Positions 61,883 to 64,000 of a stretch of DNA of 64,000 nucleotides are shown here, in pieces. Numbering within the stretch: position 1 is the stretch's first letter; every line of letters starts with the position of its first letter. The stretch lies in assembly GCA_964478715.1 (NCBI GenBank), contig CAYZIY010000004.1, positions 43,351 through 107,350 of the forward strand. Reading direction: 5' to 3'. Below the pieces are notes generated by a model that saw only the letters and a program-made list of their open reading frames with translations, searched no databases and had not been told where the DNA came from. The position numbers were made by a program, and so were the translations under genes. Origin of the DNA: an uncultured Planctomycetales bacterium (GTDB lineage: Bacteria; Omnitrophota; Gorgyraeia; Zapsychrales; JBDRMG01).

Positions 61883-62734
61883 ATGAGTAAAATCGTATCA
61901 GTTTGTAATCAGAAGGGCGGGACAGGAAAAACCACAACAGCTGTAAATCTTTCTGCCGCACTAGCTTTAGCTTGTAAAAAAACATTACTGGTGGATATTG
62001 ACCCTCAAGGTAATGCAACAAGCGGAGTTGGAATTAATAAAAACACCATCAATCTTTCTGTTTATGAGATCCTTCTGAATCATTCTAAAATTCAAGAAGT
62101 AATCACAGAAACCAATATTTCTAATTTATTTTGCGTTCCATGCAATATCAACCTAACAGGTGCAGAGATTGAGCTTGTTGGTGCATTGTCCAGAGAGACG
62201 CGGCTAAAGCGCTCTTTGGACATTATTCGCTCTAACTATGACTACGTGATTATAGACTCACCACCATCTCTTGGTTTGCTAACCCTCAATTCTCTTGTTG
62301 CTTGCGATTCCATTATTATTCCTATTCAGTGTGAATTTTATGCCCTTGAGGGAGTTTCGCAACTATTAAATACAATTAATCTGGTTAAGGATGGATTGAA
62401 TTCAAATCTAGAAATTGAAGGTGTTCTGATGACAATGGCTGACTACAGAACAAATTTGACCACCGAAGTCATCGAAGAAATTAAAAAATATTTTAAAGAT
62501 AAAGTATACCAGACAGTTATTCCAAGAAACGTGAAACTTAGTGAAGCACCCAGCTTTGGAAAGCCAATTGCGCTTTACGATAAAAATTCCATTGGCTCAA
62601 AGAAATATGAAGAGTTTGCTATGGAGTTTATGGGTAATGAGACGGATGAGCAGAAAGAAGAAAATTCTGCCAGTCCCAGGGGGAATTATGAAGGCCAGGT
62701 TAATAAAGTGACCATAAGCGAGGCAGGAGGTTAA
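61883..62734 (+). CDS. parA: Chromosome partitioning ATPase
   Basis: NQKGGTGKTTT, DPQGNAT, DSPPSLG, EAPSFG. Confidence 0.96.
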   Translation: MSKIVSVCNQKGGTGKTTTAVNLSAALALACKKTLLVDIDPQGNATSGVGINKNTINLSVYEILLNHSKIQEVITETNISNLFCVPCNINLTGAEIELVGALSRETRLKRSLDIIRSNYDYVIIDSPPSLGLLTLNSLVACDSIIIPIQCEFYALEGVSQLLNTINLVKDGLNSNLEIEGVLMTMADYRTNLTTEVIEEIKKYFKDKVYQTVIPRNVKLSEAPSFGKPIALYDKNSIGSKKYEEFAMEFMGNETDEQKEENSASPRGNYEGQVNKVTISEAGG

Positions 62735-62735
62735 A

Positions 62736-63578
62736 ATGGAAGGAAAAGCTCTAGGCAAGGGATTGTCTGCTTTAATTCCGGAAAAAGAAAAGTCCGGTCA
62801 GGCCGAAAATATCGCTTATGTAAAAACACAGCTTGTTCAAGACAGTTCGATTCAGCCGCGTGTTGATTATAATCAAGAGAAATTGGCCGATCTTGTTGCA
62901 TCCATAAAGGAGCGTGGTGTTCTGCAGCCGATTCTAGTGAGAAAAAAAGATGATCGTTTCGAAGTGATTGCGGGAGAGAGAAGATTGAAGGCGGCGCGAA
63001 CGATAGGCCTAGAAGAAATTCCAGTGATAATTAAATCGGTTACGGATCGCGAAGCTCTGGTTATTGCATTGATTGAAAATATTCAGAGAGAAGAATTAAA
63101 CGCGATCGAAGAAGCCCACGCTTATCAAAAGCTCATCAATGATTTCGAATATACACAAGATACTGTGGCGCAATCAGTTGGGAAGAATAGGACAACTATT
63201 ACAAACCTATTGCGATTGCTAAGATTGCCTGCAGAGATACAGCAAAGCCTGATCGAGAATACCATTACAGCAGGGCATGCTCGCACTCTGGTTGGCATAG
63301 AGAATCCGCAGAAACAAAAAAAATTATTTGAACAAACACTGAAGAAAAGTTTATCAGTTAGGGATCTCGAGCGATTATCGAAGGGGGAGTCTGCTGGCGC
63401 TAAAAGGATTCAGCAATCCTCTCAGAAAGATCATTACATTATCGCGGCTGAGGAAGATTTGCAAAGAACATTGGGAACAAAAGTGCGGATTGATTCCAAA
63501 AAAAACAAAGGCAAAATCGTTATCGATTATTATTCAAATTTAGATTTAGAACGCATTATCGAAGTAATTAAGAAATGA
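62736..63578 (+). CDS. parB: Chromosome partitioning protein
   Basis: LGKGL, GVLQPI, AGERR, ENIQRE. Confidence 0.96.
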   Translation: MEGKALGKGLSALIPEKEKSGQAENIAYVKTQLVQDSSIQPRVDYNQEKLADLVASIKERGVLQPILVRKKDDRFEVIAGERRLKAARTIGLEEIPVIIKSVTDREALVIALIENIQREELNAIEEAHAYQKLINDFEYTQDTVAQSVGKNRTTITNLLRLLRLPAEIQQSLIENTITAGHARTLVGIENPQKQKKLFEQTLKKSLSVRDLERLSKGESAGAKRIQQSSQKDHYIIAAEEDLQRTLGTKVRIDSKKNKGKIVIDYYSNLDLERIIEVIKK

Positions 63579-64000
63579 ATAATGACCGCGCTCTTATTTT
63601 AATTAAACCCGATGGCTTGGCCAAGTCTTTGACAGGCAATATTCTCACCCGTTTGTCGGAATCAAAATTGGAAATTGTTGCCGCTCGAATGATGCGTGTT
63701 TCTAAAGAATTAGCCGAAGAACACTATAAGCAGCTCAGCGATAAACCCTTTTTCGGCGAAATCATTAAGTATATTACGGGCAATTACCATAGCCGAAAAA
63801 AGGTTATGGCTATGGTTTATTGGGGTCCCGATGCGATTGAGAAGTGCCGATTATTGGCCGGGCGGACCAATCCGGAGGAAGCCGATTCTGTGAGTATCCG
63901 TGGGCAATATGGGAGGATCACAACCAGCGGCGTTTACGAAAATGTGATTCATGTGTCTTCGGATCCAGAAGAGGCCGAAAGAGAAATTAAATTGTGGTTT
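63575..64000 (+). CDS. ndk: Nucleoside-diphosphate kinase (runs off the window)
   Basis: Hand translation LIKPDG, HY...KPFF, GRTNP, SIRG, NVIHVS, EREIKLWF. Confidence 0.93.
   Translation, partial: MNNDRALILIKPDGLAKSLTGNILTRLSESKLEIVAARMMRVSKELAEEHYKQLSDKPFFGEIIKYITGNYHSRKKVMAMVYWGPDAIEKCRLLAGRTNPEEADSVSIRGQYGRITTSGVYENVIHVSSDPEEAEREIKLWF

Overview
Bacterial chromosomal window containing the replication origin (gyrA-gyrB-dciA-dnaN-dnaA <oriC> rpmH-yidD-yidC-jagN-parS-parA-parB-ndk). Genes left of ~59.4 kb run almost entirely on the minus strand, away from the origin. The left half is a large Tad (type IVc) pilus locus: about 13 class-III-signal pilin-like genes, TadB/TadC, a CpaE-CpaF fusion, a CpaC secretin fused to a TonB-C-like domain, CpaB, a PpiC foldase and duplicated Cys-rich pilins. 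It sits directly upstream of a giant secreted protein gene (>1930 aa, runs off the window, absent from the ORF track) carrying a C39 peptidase domain, an in-cis double-glycine-like leader motif and a HExxH motif. The leader of that gene holds a c-di-GMP-I-like riboswitch and two terminators. Inside the Tad locus is a 797-aa HTH protein resembling a domesticated DDE transposase, with TGGACA motifs clustered in its own gene and promoter and upstream of the giant gene. The middle holds a two-component cluster, metabolic genes, a 6xCBM-dockerin protein and a tRNA-Glu-anchored island remnant with a frameshifted toxin. The Tad plus giant-protein content suggests Ca. Omnitrophota (inference). All calls are by-eye motif recognition; no database searches were run.
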